This document shows positions 1 to 14,018 of a stretch of 64,000 nt of DNA, one piece after another (the stretch's first letter is position 1; every line of letters starts with the position of its first letter). Both the position numbers and the translations under genes were made by a program. Under the pieces are notes generated by a model. That model was not told the origin of the DNA. It did not search any database and saw only the letters and a program-made list of their open reading frames with translations. Origin of the DNA: Podarcis muralis. Lineage: Eukaryota. The stretch lies in assembly GCF_964188315.1 (NCBI RefSeq), contig NC_135667.1, positions 21,762,001 to 21,826,000 of the forward strand. The letters run 5' to 3'.

Positions 1-91
1 CTGATGGTGTAGTGCTCTGATGGTGTTTCCTGCTTGGCAGGGGGTTGGACTCGATAGCCCTTGTGGTCTATTCCAACTCTATGATTCTATC
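1..91 (+). mobile_element. CR1 LINE 3' end
   Basis: GGACTCGAT..CCCTTGTGGTC..TTCCAACTCTATGATTCTAT terminus, the same family as the copy at 23282-23620. Confidence 0.8.
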
Positions 92-1300
92 TCCCACAAG
101 CCCCTGCCAGAATGGCCAATGGCCAGGGATGATGGGAGTTGCAGTCCAACCACAGCTGGACTGCCGCTGTACAAATCAATGGATAAAGGTGTATGCACAT
201 ATCCACCCTCTTTCACGCCTTCCTCCCCCCCCCCGCCTGAAAGAACTGCATGCTAGTGCACGCCACAGCCCAAACCTCCAAGGGATATGGCACTCCCAAG
301 GTCTATATAACCTTCCAACCTTTCTGTTGCTTGGGAGATTTTGTTAGCAGCTTGTGAATCACCTTAGTCATCCTGTCTTTGGATGTGACTGCACACCTCA
401 CCCTTTCCCATCTTGTATCTGTGGCTTTGCCATGGGTTGGGAAATCACTAATCTCACAGAACGGCACACCCTTATTTCTCCCATTGTAACAAAGCAAAAA
501 AAAAAAAAAAAAGCAAACTGGAAAACAAAAAACCTAAAGCAAGATTCAATTTGTGTTGAGAAAGATAGTTCTGTCTGACGAATGGATTAGGATGATGTGA
601 AATCATGAATTTTAAGATGGTGGGTTTTGACTCTGCATGTGTGAGATATATTAGAGCTGCTTGTCTGATTAGGAATATCCGTCAATTAATTGCATCCCTT
701 TTAGTTTACTAATCTTAACTGATTGAGGTTGCATATGTTGCACATCAGGAAAAATCTGCATATACTACTGAGAATAGCATACAAAACTACATTATATTCT
801 GGAAAGCTGTGCAAAACTATGCTTATTGGGCAGAATTACATATAAAACTGTGTATAGTAGGATAAATTTTCACAAACTGTTGCAGAAATGTGGAGAGCTG
901 AACAATGAAAAAATGAGAAACTGAAACTGACAAATTCGCAGTGCACATTCAAAACGTTGTCTCAGAAGGAGTCCTGTTCAAAGCAGATCCCTGCAATTGA
1001 TGTGCCTCAGTTAGTAATGCCCAACTTAAATCTTTTTCCTAGTTTCAGGCATCCTACCTGTAATTTATTTGTCAGATTCGGCATTCGTGCAGCCTGACAG
1101 AATTTGACATGGAAGTTTGACCTGGTGGTTATGGGCAAAGTGCACAGATCTTTCTTGGGTCTGACCGTGGGTTAGCAGCCAAACCTAACAAATGCATATT
1201 CTTGCTAGTTAGCATGAGAAGGGGCTAAGTCCATGGAGCTGTATGGCTGATAGGCAGATACTCAGACCATAGAAATGCAATTGGTAGAGAGGGCTCAGTG

Positions 1301-1592
1301 TAGGGTTGCCATATTTCAAAAAGTGAAAATCCAGACACAAAGGTCTTTGTCCTTTTTTCAGCAAAGTTGTTGAACTTTTCTTTTTGATTTTTAAAAAAGT
1401 TTTTGGTAAAATCTCAACAAAAAATATATTTTTGAGCTAATTTTCAAATGAAAATCACCAACATCTACACTACTGACATGGGCTGCCATATGTCGGAATT
1501 TCCTGGACATTTCAGTGATTTTCGCCCGGATGCTGCTTAAGGGGGCTGAATACCAGCTATGTCTGGAAAATTCTGGATGTATGGCAACCCTA
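1301..1592. mobile_element. hAT-type MITE
   Basis: TIRs TAGGGTTGCCAT / ATGGCAACCCTA, with an 8-bp TSD GCTCAGTG / GCTCCGTG (one mismatch). Confidence 0.75.
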
Positions 1593-3129
1593 GCTCCGTG
1601 CATATAGTATTTTGCCTATATAGTTTTTACTGCTACTGTTTCTGTGAACTGAAACTGAGAAACTGTAAACTGTCCTGGTGGTAGAGGGAGTAAAGCACAT
1701 AGACTCTCCTACCTGAATCCTTGGCTTCCTTTCCAATGTAAAACAAAATACATTATACCAGACAATCAATGGTGATTACATGTTATAATAAATTGATTAG
1801 GATTGATTACATTTTTGGTTATGTCAGACACAGGTGATTAGATAAAATACAGTATATCAAATTTTTTTTAAAAAGCAATTATATTTGATTTGGAATGAAT
1901 TAGATTGTGTGCATTTCTTGTAATCAGAAAGTACCACAATGGTTGGATGTAACTGGGATATATATTTAGAGAGAAAATGCTATACTGAAAATGAAAGGTT
2001 TTCTAGCACTGGATTCTCTTTAGCTTGAAAGGTATACAATTGATAGGCATATTTCAGATCCCTAATGGTAATCAGGTAAGTGGATGATCTCCAAACCAGC
2101 TATTGTTTCAGGAATTCCAAGAAGAAACTTCCAGGCAAAGATTTGCAATTCAAATTTATTGTGATGTCAACAGACTTGCTGTGTGCTCCCTGACAGGGTG
2201 GACTAATTCAGGGTGACTAATTCAGGAAACACTGCCCTGCATCTCAGTTGTCCTCATTTGCCCTCAGTGATGTCAGTGCATAGCTAAATCCGTTTAGCTA
2301 TGTAATTGTGCTGCGCCTCAGTCAACCCAAATTTAATATCTTATATACTGCTTGATATAACAAAAACTCTAAGTGGTTCACACAAGCTGCAATCATAAAA
2401 CTGCAAGCAAAAACAAGTCAGTACACAATATCGAAATGCAATAAATATCCAGTAAAGCATTGAGCAAAACGTTAAAACAAAAACACTGAAATTGCAAGTG
2501 CACTATTACCGTGATTTGGAGAAAAGACATGGTGGACCACATCCCTGAAGCATCTCTGACAGTGAAGGAAAAACTGGGCAAGATGGACAAAGCGTCTTCT
2601 GTCAAGGCAACTTCATGTGCTCCTTTCATTACATCATTAAATGATATTAATTTGATATCTACAAACTTAAGGAGTGCCCCCTTTCTTTTAGTAGGAAACA
2701 CTTCCCATGAAACACTGTGCAGCAAAAAACAGTTCAGTTATTAGATCAGCTGTGCTCTCCTCCAACAGTGCATTGGCTGATGCCATTCACATTCAGTTGA
2801 CATCTTATTGGCCAGCATCATGTGTTCCCACTGCTTGCCCTTGTCTGAGAGCTGCGAGATGGAGATCATGTCTTCTCCTGTCCATTTCACACCAAGGCTT
2901 AGGTACAAGGTTTAAGCACGGTGCCTGGGGAGGTGGGAGAGATTTAAAAAAGCAGTCTCAGCATCAGGATCTGGGGAGGATATTTGGGGCAATCCAATCC
3001 TCCCCCCCAATTATTTTCTTCTTCTTGGAATAAAAGTCCTGTGATTACTTCTGGTTTTTGATTGTGTATCTTTAGCTTTAAGCCCTGGGTCACAGTTGTC
3101 CCTGTTGATTCCTCCTCTTTCTGTTGCAG

Positions 3130-6100
3130 GTTATCATATGACCCGTTCCCATTGGGGTAAGTTTTTATCATCAGACTTTTTAACCTTTTACGCTGGGTTC
3201 TGGGGATAAGCAACCTGTGGCCCTCCAGATGTTGCTGGTGTGGGCAATGGTCAGGTATAATGGGAATTGGAAGGCAACAAATTGTCCATCCATGTCTTGT
3301 GCATTCCAGGGGACCCCACTAAGCAACACAATATGGACATCCACATCCTGCTTCTCTACTACAGACGTATCTTAGATCCTGGATCTTAGATCCATAGGTC
3401 ACCTATGACAAGGCTAAAAGTGCAAATCTTTCTAGTGGGATGCAACAAATTCCCTATGAGCACAGGCAACCCAGGACTCAGCTATACAGCTGCAAATAAA
3501 ATGTTTTAAGTGTGCTGTAAAGTGCATTATACAAATGTGACAGTAGATGGTGATGGTGAGCTATGGCAAATTCAATATATTTTTCAAAACGTTAAAAAAA
3601 GCATTTTCACTTTTTAAAAATATGTGTCTAGATTACACCACCATTACTTCTCAAAAGTTGTTTTAGCATGGAATTTGGTCTCCGTAGTTGGGGTAGATGG
3701 TTTCAATGCCTTTCATCTCTTGATATAAGGCAGCTTCCTATGTTCAAAACATGGGAGAGGTCTTGGTCTCCCCTTTGTTGTTCCCACAAAGGTTGTCTTT
3801 TCAGTTAGGGCAACACCAGTCCCTCACACCTGTTAAATTTGAAGTTTGATGCAAAATTCAGAATGCTGAGAATCTTGTAGTGTCTTTAAAAGCAAGCTTA
3901 CGAGGTCTCGTGGCTGAAACAAAATGAATCTGAAAATGAAACATAGTAAGGTGACGCAGTTCAGTGCTCTGTGTTATCCTTTTTCCCTCTTTGTGCCTAG
4001 CAAAAATAGAATAAGACTGCAATCCCTTTACACACTTGCCTGTGTTTAAGCCCTCTTGTTAGTGGAACTTACTTTCCAGTTCATAGGCTGCGCCGCATAT
4101 TAGACACAAGATGTAGACATGTGCCAAATCTACTTCCTTTGCAAAATGCATTGTCTAGACTTTGGAAAAAATGGAAATAAAACCAGTATCCCTCCACAAA
4201 TTTTCCATTCCCCACTCCTCCATGAGTGATTTTAAACCTCTGGTCACACAAGAAGGCATCCATTGAAAATATCACCATTCTAATCTCTGAAAGGCTTTCA
4301 GTATCATCACCAGCACTTGAATTAGGCTCAGAAACAAACTGGAACCTAGTGCCATTGCCTTAGCAAGAGAAGCACATGTACCCAGCAGGTGGGCCCCTAT
4401 TAACAGTTGGCCCACTGCATTCTAGAACTTTTGGAGTTCTTGGAACTTTTCAAAGGCAACCCCAAATAGAACACAACAGTAATTTCGGAGTGATGCAACT
4501 AAGGCCTCAGATGATCACTCAGAGAACAGGATGCTGGGCCAGATTTGGCCTTTCGTCAGATCCAGCAGGGCTGCTCTCCTGTTCTTAAGGAGTGTGTTGA
4601 CTTAGCCAGATGTGCAGTGTGCAGAACAGATTGCTCCCAGTGTTGAGTTTAACCCCACCCATCTCTTTCTTTTCCTAGTATGTGGGCGACCAATCACCCT
4701 GAATAGAAATGTTGGGGGTGAGGACTCTGTGGAAGGTGAATGGCCATGGCAGGTCAGTGTGAAGAAGATGGGCAAGCATATCTGTGGAGGGGCTTTGATA
4801 ACCCATGATTGGATTGTGACCGCAGCACATTGCTTCCCACCGTGAGTAACCCAGAAATGGCTCTTTTCCTCCCACCTGCAGTCCACTGAGCCCAAGACTC
4901 TTTACAAGTCAGGTGGAAAACTATCCTATAAATGCACCCCCCCCCAATGAAAAGGCCCTGTTCTCTATGTCATCCATGTCATCTCAGATGTTGTGGGAAC
5001 TATAAGAAAAGCCCAGAAGATATAGGCTGTTTTCAATATATAGATAAGTTTGCCTGAAGATGTGTCATCCTTTGGATATCCTGGCCCAAGCCCTGCAGGT
5101 CTCTGTGTTAGACTACAGTCTTGGGGGTAATGCAGATTATGTCCAAGGCAAAGAATCCAGTTGTCTATAGACTACAACCCTGGTCATCTATCTTTCAAAA
5201 ATAATCTCTGCTGAATTTCTCTCCTGACCATTGTAATTCCCCACTCAGCGTTCCTATTCCTTGGAAACCAGGTTGCATATTTTAATTTATACATCCACTG
5301 CATTTCTGTTTCTAAAAATAAACTGAAGGCAAAGATTATGAGGCAGCTTCATATTGTTTTAATGTTTCACAGTATGTTAAAGCTTATAAGGTTCTGCAAA
5401 TTCTGCTTTCCAGACCCAGGCTTAAGAATAAAATATTAAAGTTCAGCACCAGTTATCTTGATTAGTTTGCAAAAGAGCTGAGATATAGACACATGTTTCT
5501 ATTAAAGTGCCTTAACAAAAGGTATTTTCAGGGCTTTTCCCCCCAGCTGGAACTCATCGCAAATCAGTTCCAGCACCTCTCAGGTGGGTGCCATTGCCAT
5601 TCTAAGAGATTGAGGGAGGTGTTCATGATTAGTTCCGGCACCTCTTTTTTGAGAAACACAGCACTGGGTATCTTAATGAACTTCCCAAGGACATGAAATT
5701 AACAAGGAGCTCTGATCCAATGTGTTAGCTCAACTGCTGCAAGGCTTATTTTAATTAGCTGAAAGAATTGTTTGGCAAGATGATTTGTTTTGATCTGGTA
5801 AACTTTGCTCTTGGCAAGCTTCCTAGCTGTAAGATGCTTCAGATAAAGTGTACCCAGAACAAAGGCAGAATGGGAAATCAGAATCAGAATGCCCATGGGA
5901 CCATCTCAGGCTTAAAGTGCAGGTTTCCCCAATGTGTCCCCCCTTTTTGTTGTTGTTGCAAATTTGAGATAGTCTGAATGCTTCCCTGGGTCTAATAGCA
6001 TCCCAAAGCTTCCTGATCCCAGCCAAGTAAATTGTATGCAATGGCGACAATGTTCCTCATAGCAATTTTTCATCCATCCCCTTGCAGAGAAGGTGATCTC

Positions 6101-7988
6101 TCCCAATACTCTGTGCTGCTAGGGGCCAACAAACTGGAGAATTCCTGGCCCCACAAACAGTCCATAGGAGTTGGAGACATAATCAGAAATCCCCGCTATG
6201 CAGGGGAGGCCACAAGCGGAGACATCGCCTTGGTGAGGCTGATCTTCCCAGTGAGATTCACCAATTACATCAGCCCAATCTGTGTACCTGCACCCAACGT
6301 GGACTTTCCTGCAGGCATGATGTGCTGGGTCACTGGCTGGGGAGATATCAGCGAAGGACGTGAGTACTGGGAGAGGGGAAAATGTTAGAACTGGACAAGG
6401 TTTCCTTTCTTGTCCAGGAAAATGCAAAATAATAATGATGCACCCTTCCTGCTCTATAAAGCCTGTTTCTAAGATCTGTGCCCCAACTTTCCTTTCCCTT
6501 GTAATGGGATTTGCTGAGAATATGTATCAATGCTTTGAAAAAATACTGTGATCAATGGTTAGTGGTCATGATGGCTGTATGCTAATTCTGGGATCAGAGG
6601 GAGAAGGCTGCTGCCCTTGTGTCTTGCTTGTAGGCATCTGATTGGCTAGTGGGGGAAGCAGAGTGCTGGAGGGGAAAAGCAGAAGCTCAGTGCTAGAGCA
6701 CATGCTTTGCACTCCAGCATCTCCAATATATTACAAATGCCCAGCCTGCTTGAAGAAAATTAAGAACTTGACTTACATCTGGAGCCTGGTAAGTATGCTA
6801 GAAGTAAAGGTTGGTCTTGCATGTTACCCAACAATTGGAAACTAGTAAAAACTTTGTTCCAGCTGATTGCATCTATACCCTAAAGGTATACTTGACTGAC
6901 CTTCTTGCACATCTGTTTACGGTGTGCCTTCCAACTCACAAATGGATTGTGCAAGTGGTAAAGGAAATATAATAAAATGATAACCGTGTCTCCATGTTTC
7001 TGCTTCACTATCCCATGTTCTTCACTTCAGAGGATCTGCCTTCTCCAAAGAAGCTCCAGAAGCTTCAGGTGCCCATAATAGATCTTCAGACCTGCAGACG
7101 GCTCTATAGTATTGACATGGGACCAAACCTGCCCCAGAAACCCATCCAGGATGACATGATGTGTGCCGGGTATGCTGAGGGTATGAAGGACACGTGTAAG
7201 GTGAGGGATTTCTCTCATCAAGACCTGCCTTCAGTTCCACATGGATAAGGTCCTTCCTGTCTCACTTGCTATCCAATTCTATTATTCTTTAAGACATTTG
7301 ATATTCAGCCTCGCCATTGAAAAGAGACCGCATGAGATGGCATACATTAACTGTCCAGGGGTCCTTTACCTTTTCCCTTGTGGGTCCTGCTTGTGGGCTT
7401 TCCTGGGGCATCTGATTGGTCCCTGTAAGAACAGAATGCTGGACTAGATGGGCCTTTGGCCTGATCCAACAGGGCTCTTCTCATGTTCTCACCCCCTCCC
7501 CACAAAAAAACTATGCATTCCCAAACATCTTCTCCACCCTCAACATATGCTTCTTTGTAAAATGCATCTTGCTTTAGTTTCTAAGCTGAGAGCTGCACTG
7601 CTGGGAAGTATGAGAAGGTTTCCCCACCTCCTAACAACCATGCCACACTGAATCACAAATGGATCTAACACCCATCTTTGTGTTGGCCTAGGGTGATTCT
7701 GGTGGCCCACTGATGTGCAAGATGAACCAGGAATGGCTCTTGGCTGGTATTGTCAGCTGGGGAGAAGGCTGTGCTGAGAAGAACCGCCCTGGCGTGTACA
7801 TCCGCCTTACCGCATACCACGACTGGATTCACAGGATTATCCCCAATTTGGAATTTGTCGAACCTAGGAGGGGTTACAACACCAGGATCAGGAATCCAGG
7901 CACTTCTGGAGCTGTTGGGAGGGGACAGGCCTTCATAACTGCCCTGCTCCAGGTTTTGGTGTGGACCCTTATTCATATCTTGCCATAG
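3130..7988 (+). CDS. PRSS27: Trypsin-family serine protease, PRSS27 (marapsin)-like; 5' coding exon unresolved
   Basis: Exons with GT-AG boundaries and compatible phases: 3130-3156 (27 nt), 4679-4841 (163), 6088-6359 (272), 7031-7200 (170), 7692-7988 (297 incl. stop). Motifs CGRP..R|NVGG, WPWQVS, TAAHC (His57), SGDIAL (Asp102), KDTCKGDSGGP (Asp189, Ser195), GIVSWG, PGVY. The exon sizes 27/163/272/170 match my recollection of human PRSS27; the orthology assignment is less certain than the family call. Confidence 0.85.
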
Positions 7989-10900
7989 GATCTGTGGGAA
8001 AAAGAAGTTACAAGTGGTCAAGTGCTGCGGGGTTACCTCTCATCTCATCTTTCTCACATTTCTTGGTCACGCCTAACTTCATCTGCCCAGGATTCTAATA
8101 ACTACTATCCACTTGGCCGTGAGCAGCACTTGCACAGGGAGATACAAATGCAGTGAGCGCATGGATGCCTCTGCAGACATAGAGATGGTTTGGTGCTTCC
8201 TTCTCAACAGGGGGATGCAACACCCTTTCTCATGACCCCTACTAGCCACTGTCTCCTTTCTTGCCACAAAACTTTTACATACAACTTTTACATGGTGCAA
8301 TCAGAAATCATGGGTAGCTGGGGCGGGGGGGGGCATCATCATGGAATCATCATGTGCCTGTTGTTGGGTGATGCCTTAAGGCAGGGGTGCCCAAACTTTT
8401 TTCAAAGAGGGCCAGATTTGATGAAGGCCTGCGAAATGGAATTTGGACATGCCTGCCTTAAGGGACAGAGTTGGACCTCTGAGGCAAATTAATTGAGGCT
8501 CAAACTACAGAAAACGCTCAGCTGTCTGATTCCCCCACTTGTTGTTTTTTTTTTTTTAAAGGCAAAACAGCTTTGTAAACTGTCTTAAACTTTTCATGAC
8601 ACTGAAAATCAGCTACCTGAGGTAGCTGCCTGATTCATGGTAAATGCCAATTCCTACCTCTGATACTGAACTTGCTTTTTACTGGATCAAAGTTGAAAAG
8701 CAAAGTCATCAATGTATTTGATACATTCGAATTTCTAAAGATTAGCATTATCTTCACCTCTCCTTCCCCTGCCCAGGTCAGTGTATCACAATATGCATTA
8801 AAAAAAAAAAAAAGTTTCAACTTTAGGATGCTAGTGTTATGACTATTTTAAAAGTCCATATTTCAGTCTAATACAAAACTGTCTGTTTGGAATACGTATG
8901 CTTGAAACAGGTTTGTGTAAGAGTTGCTTCAAGGAATCCTTACCTTTACTCCCTCTTTATCTATTTCTATCTGCCCACATCACTTTATGTTTTCAAGTAT
9001 ACCTGAAATACAAAATTATAGTGATTTTATGACAATTTCATTGTCATGGCAACCTGGGAGTTGCAGTTTGGGAATAATGGTCTGTTAGGCAGTGTTTCCT
9101 CACAGAACTGCAATTCTCAGGAGGAAAGAATAACTTTCAAAGTAATTAAAAACTGTGATGTAGATGTGCCCTTAATTAATCACATGCACTATTCCTCAGC
9201 TGGCCATGACACTAAGCAGCAGCCATTATCCTGTCTTCTATGGGTTTAACTATTTTCCATTACACCAACCAAATTATTAGCAATCATGTAGTGGGTTTCG
9301 GAGAAAATTGAAGATGAGGCATGGACACCCTGATGGTGACTGGCACCACAGTACAAGGGCAAGGGAGATCTAAGTCTTCCCTCCTTAACTGTGATTTGGT
9401 AAATATAATCTCCCATACAGTAGTTAGCATTAAGGGGAAAAAACCATTCCCATTGACAGCAGTACTTCGCCCCCTCTAATGTTATCTGCTGGACTGGGCA
9501 AGGGAATATTTTTACTGAGACCAGAGTTGGGGAGGGATGACTTAACCCTCCCCTCCCTCACATACTGCAGTGGTGATTACAGCTGGCTCGACCCCGCAGC
9601 CAGGTATTTAATTAAAACAAATTCATGACATCATAGCTAATCACATTGCTAGCACAATGTGTAGTTAGGGGCCTTACGTTTTGCTTCCTTTATGGAGTCC
9701 AGAGCCAGATGCCCTGAAACTTTAGCTCTCAAAATATGCTCAAGAATCTTGTAAATGAATGAAAAGTGGAAAAAATTAAAGGGGCGGAAAAGTGAAAAAA
9801 ATGAGGGGTGGGAAAATTAAAGGGGGAGTGTTTAAAGTGTTGGCCACTGGAGTGTATGGTTTGTGTGATTTGCAAAACGTCACATATTAATAAAATACTT
9901 TGCTTAATAAAATCCTTTGTTGGTGTTCAAAGGCTCTTTAATGGTGTATTAAAGTAGCTGGAATAAACAGCAGCACTGATGAAAGATTAAAGCAGAAGGG
10001 GAAAATAATGTAATGCACATTGGATGAAAACAGCCAAGAAAAACAGTCAGATGTCACTTATCAGCTTTCAGTATATCCCTTTTCTGCCCAAGGTGGAGCA
10101 ATTAATATAAGCTAGGAACACCTTTCAGTAGCTGTACGAGGTGAAATAATGTTAACATGTTGTTTCAACAAGTGGGCGGAACGAAACCCAGGTGCCATGG
10201 CTGCCAAATCTATGCAACAAGGGCAGAGCAGGAGCAGAAAGACATACTGTTCTGAAAAACACACCACAGAATGGCAATTATGGCCACAACCCCAGCATCA
10301 GTTACACCACCAGCAGCATCTCTCTATCATGGCTCACTGCAGTGACAACCTGCCCCCCCTCCCAAGATGCTCAGACATGTAGGGAGCCAGTACATTGGTG
10401 CTGGCAGGCACCTCCACCCACTGACCCACCTAAATAGTAAGTTGCCTTGTGACTGCTTCTAGTTGGAAAAATCAAACACGAACATACCTAAATAATAATG
10501 CCCTTCATTATGTGCACAATGACACCACAGCACCTCCATGCTGGGAGACCTTGCTTCTCTGAGATCCCAGGTAGCCCGGAAGGAAGAGCTGGGGTAAGAC
10601 ATTTTTCTGCCTGAGGTGGAGCAATGAATGGCACATCTCTCACACACATGTCTAGGTGCGTAGGACTCAAGGCTGGTCAAGTCACTTTTTTTGGACACCT
10701 GAGGCAGAAAACTCCCACAAGCAACTTTCCTTGACCCTGGCAATCAAAATGGATTGGGCCAGATTAAACGAACTTGGTGTGCTAGTAAAAGACTGCACAA
10801 GGGCTCCCATGAGCGTAATGGGGCTTCCCCCATGCTTCCTGGCCACTTGCCCCCACATCTTCCCCAAATCTGCTCTGGGGAGTCAGGAGAGCTCCCAGAA

Positions 10901-11329
10901 CAGCATACAGAGGGAGGAAAAGGGAGACAAACACCAGAATGCTGTTGCTACCCAAACAGCCACCGTCCTCCTGCCAACCTTACCCCAATTGTCCTGAATT
11001 TTATTGCGTAGGTGAGGGGAACCTGTGGTTCTCCAAGTCCCATCTGCCCCAGCCAGCATGGTCAGGGTTGATGGGAGTCATAGTTCAAAATATATGGAGG
11101 GCACCCGGGTGGGGAGGGATGTAGAGTGCCATGCACATTGATACTGCTGTATCAACAACAGTTGTCTCCCTAGCATCTGTTATATGGAGGCTTTTTGAAA
11201 TATGGCAACCATACTTCAGATATAAAATGTGTGTTTTCATATAACAGTGTCCTGGAACGGGTTTTCCAATGCTTTCCAGATATAAGCCTTCAACAATCTC
11301 TTTAAGAAATGGAGCAGCAGTCAGAACAT

Positions 11330-11512
11330 GATGATGATGATGATGATGAATAATTTATTTATACCCCACCCATCTGGCTGGGTTTCCCCAGCCACTCTGG
11401 GCAGCTGCCAAGAGATTAAAAACAGAATAAAACATCAAACATTAAAAACAGGGCTGCCTTCAGATGTCTTCTAAAAGTCAGATAGTTGTTTATTTCCTTG
11501 ACATCTGATGAG
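11330..11512 (-). mobile_element. L2-type LINE 3' end with (GAT)n/(AAT) tail
   Basis: Matches the 3' ends at 39510-39760 and 63600-63845 (CATCTGGCTGGGTTTCCCCAGCCACTCTGGGCAGC, GGGCTGCCTTCAGATGTCTTCTAAAA). Confidence 0.7.
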
Positions 11513-14018
11513 TTTGAAATCCATTGTTTTTTTTCTTGTTGCTGTTCTTTCACCTTAGCTATATGTACTCATATGTTCCCTGCTTCCCTGAAATGCACAC
11601 TTTAACAAAATCATTGGATGCTGTGTTCTACAAAGCTGGAAAGACACAGCTTATAGACATTTCAAAACACGCCTCAGGGCTTCTGTGTTCCAGTTCTGAA
11701 GAACATTCTGCTTTCCTCTAGTAAAGCAATTGTGCACTTGGTAGTGATGAAAGAGGCTGCATATTAATCTGCCAAGTTTCAAAAAAAATGAAGAAGTGGT
11801 AAATGCAGCCTCTTCACAATCTTGACATTGTTTAACACTGATGAAAGCAGAGTTGCGAAAGTCTAGATTATTTATTAGCATCTGCAGAGCCAATCAAATC
11901 ATATTATTAAATATATACTGCAGGATGCACAAGACTCCTACAAATCAAGGTCAAAAGGTTGACCGAGGTTGCAACACTATATACACTTACCGGGGAGTAA
12001 ATCCCATTGAACTTATTAGGGTTTACTTCAGGTAGACATGTATAAGTTTGTACTGTTAAAAAATAAATACCCTATACTATGTATCACACGCTCCGAACCT
12101 GGTTGTGCATTGGCCACAACCTTTTGTACAGCAGGCTAGTTTCTTCATACTCTCACACCCCTCTCTACTCTACCCCCCCATTCAGGCAAACAAAAATCCG
12201 AGTTCAAAGGACACAGTCCAGCCAGGCAAAAACACCTGAGGAAGGTACAAAGCAGGGCCAATAAGTGGTGTGATTCAAGAGGGTGTGGGGTTATGGGGAA
12301 AGTCCTGAGAGCCAGACAAAGAGACTCCTGGACCTGAGGTTTCCCTTTCTCTGAACCAGATGCCCAGCTTGTTAAAAAAAAGAAAAGAGTCAAGGTTGGA
12401 TTTTCAGCCAGCTGCATTCCTCTTACAAGTATGATGCAGAATAGTTTATACAAACCTCATTAAACGGTAAATTTTACAAGTCCTTGGAGGCAGCATCCCC
12501 CGAGTGTGATTGGTGGCTTGTCAGCTTTAGACTGTGTTGCAAATGAGAATTTATGAGATGACTATTCATGACAGAAGATAAGAAAGCCAAGTGCCTGTCT
12601 CTCAACATGGAGGCTACTCTGATTAGTGCCTCTGAAATCCCCAGCTCTACAAATATTTGTAGCTCTTTAAACCTGGTTTGCACAAGCTACATCAGTTCCC
12701 AGGCCCATGGGCTGCTAGGGATGTTAGATATTTGGGAGGCTTGCTTAAGTTTATAGCAGGGTTTTTTTTGGAAACCTAAATTTAACAGAAGAAAAACACA
12801 TGGCACCCAGTTTATTGGGGGTGGGTGGAGATGGAATTCTGAAGCAAGAGCTATTCTCATCAAATGCCCTACTTGTGGTCCGCACCACTGTTTGGTTTGT
12901 TCTTTTGATGGAGTTTTTGTTTATATTATTTATTGAAATTGTGGTTTTTTAATGGATACTGCAAGTTTTGTATATTGGTATCTTTCTTTTCCTGTATATT
13001 TATATTGTTCTTTTATTGCACTGTTCCCTGCTCTGGGATTGAAACATTCAGCGAAGAGTGGGTTATAAATATTAGGGTTAGGCACTGGATTTGGCTGAGT
13101 CCTGAGGCAAATTGGGTTTATTTGGGCACCAGCCAAGTTAGGTTAAGAAAGCCACAGGATCGCTGAGTGTCTGTGTCCTGCCATTTTTGGAAGTGGGTCC
13201 CACATTATTTGCTGCCTAATGCTCCTCTTTGTTTTTTTAGTATACACTGTGCTGCTTTGCTTTGCCTTCTCCACTCCCTCAGTGCCAACAGGAAGAGGTG
13301 AAACAGCACACAAACAGTGCACACTCAACAATCATTGAAGTACAAAAAAGGTAGATTGCTCTGAAAATTTCTTAGTCAGCAGATCCCATGGGAGAAGTAT
13401 TTGAGAAGCAGCTCATGGATTTCAAGAAGAGCTGCTGAAAGGGAGATGAGAGTAAGATGTATGGGCTCCATAGTTTCCGTTTAGACAAACTTTTATCCAG
13501 TATTCCAAATGAAGTTTTTAACTTGGGGTGAACTGAAAAGCTCTTAAAAGAAAATGTGAGATAGAAATATAATGATATATGCATTTCCTGCTTACGAAAC
13601 ACAATGTGTTCCTGGAAATCATTCATTAGGCAAGTGTTTGCATAAGAAGTCCATAATTTCCATTATTTCCTATGGAAACATTTCTAATCAGGGATTTGTC
13701 CAATCCCCATCCCCACCTGATTTCTTCCTGAAATGGCTGCAACCAATCAGTAAAAGAGAGACAAAGGCAAAAATTGATTTGTCCAGTTCCCCTGGACTCT
13801 GATTCATCTGTTCAGGTATCTGAATTTGCAGAGTGTATAGTGAGGTTTGGGCATAATTCTTTATGCTTGAATATGTAAATTTACAAAAAGTGAGGGGGCG
13901 GATAGTGGGACCTCTGTGTTGATAGATAAATAAGATTTATCTGTGCTGACTACTATAAATATTCTGCTCTGCATATTTGCAACTCTAGATCATAAACTAA
14001 AACAAAGGTTGCAGGTTC

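Noticed and set aside
6683-6725. tRNA-like AGCTCAGTGCTAGAGCACATGCTTTGCA
   Set aside because: A truncated SINE head with no B-box or cloverleaf; not a tRNA gene.
10149-10437. Gln/His-rich short ORFs between the protease and V2R-A
   Set aside because: No convincing splice sites, domain or paralogue support.
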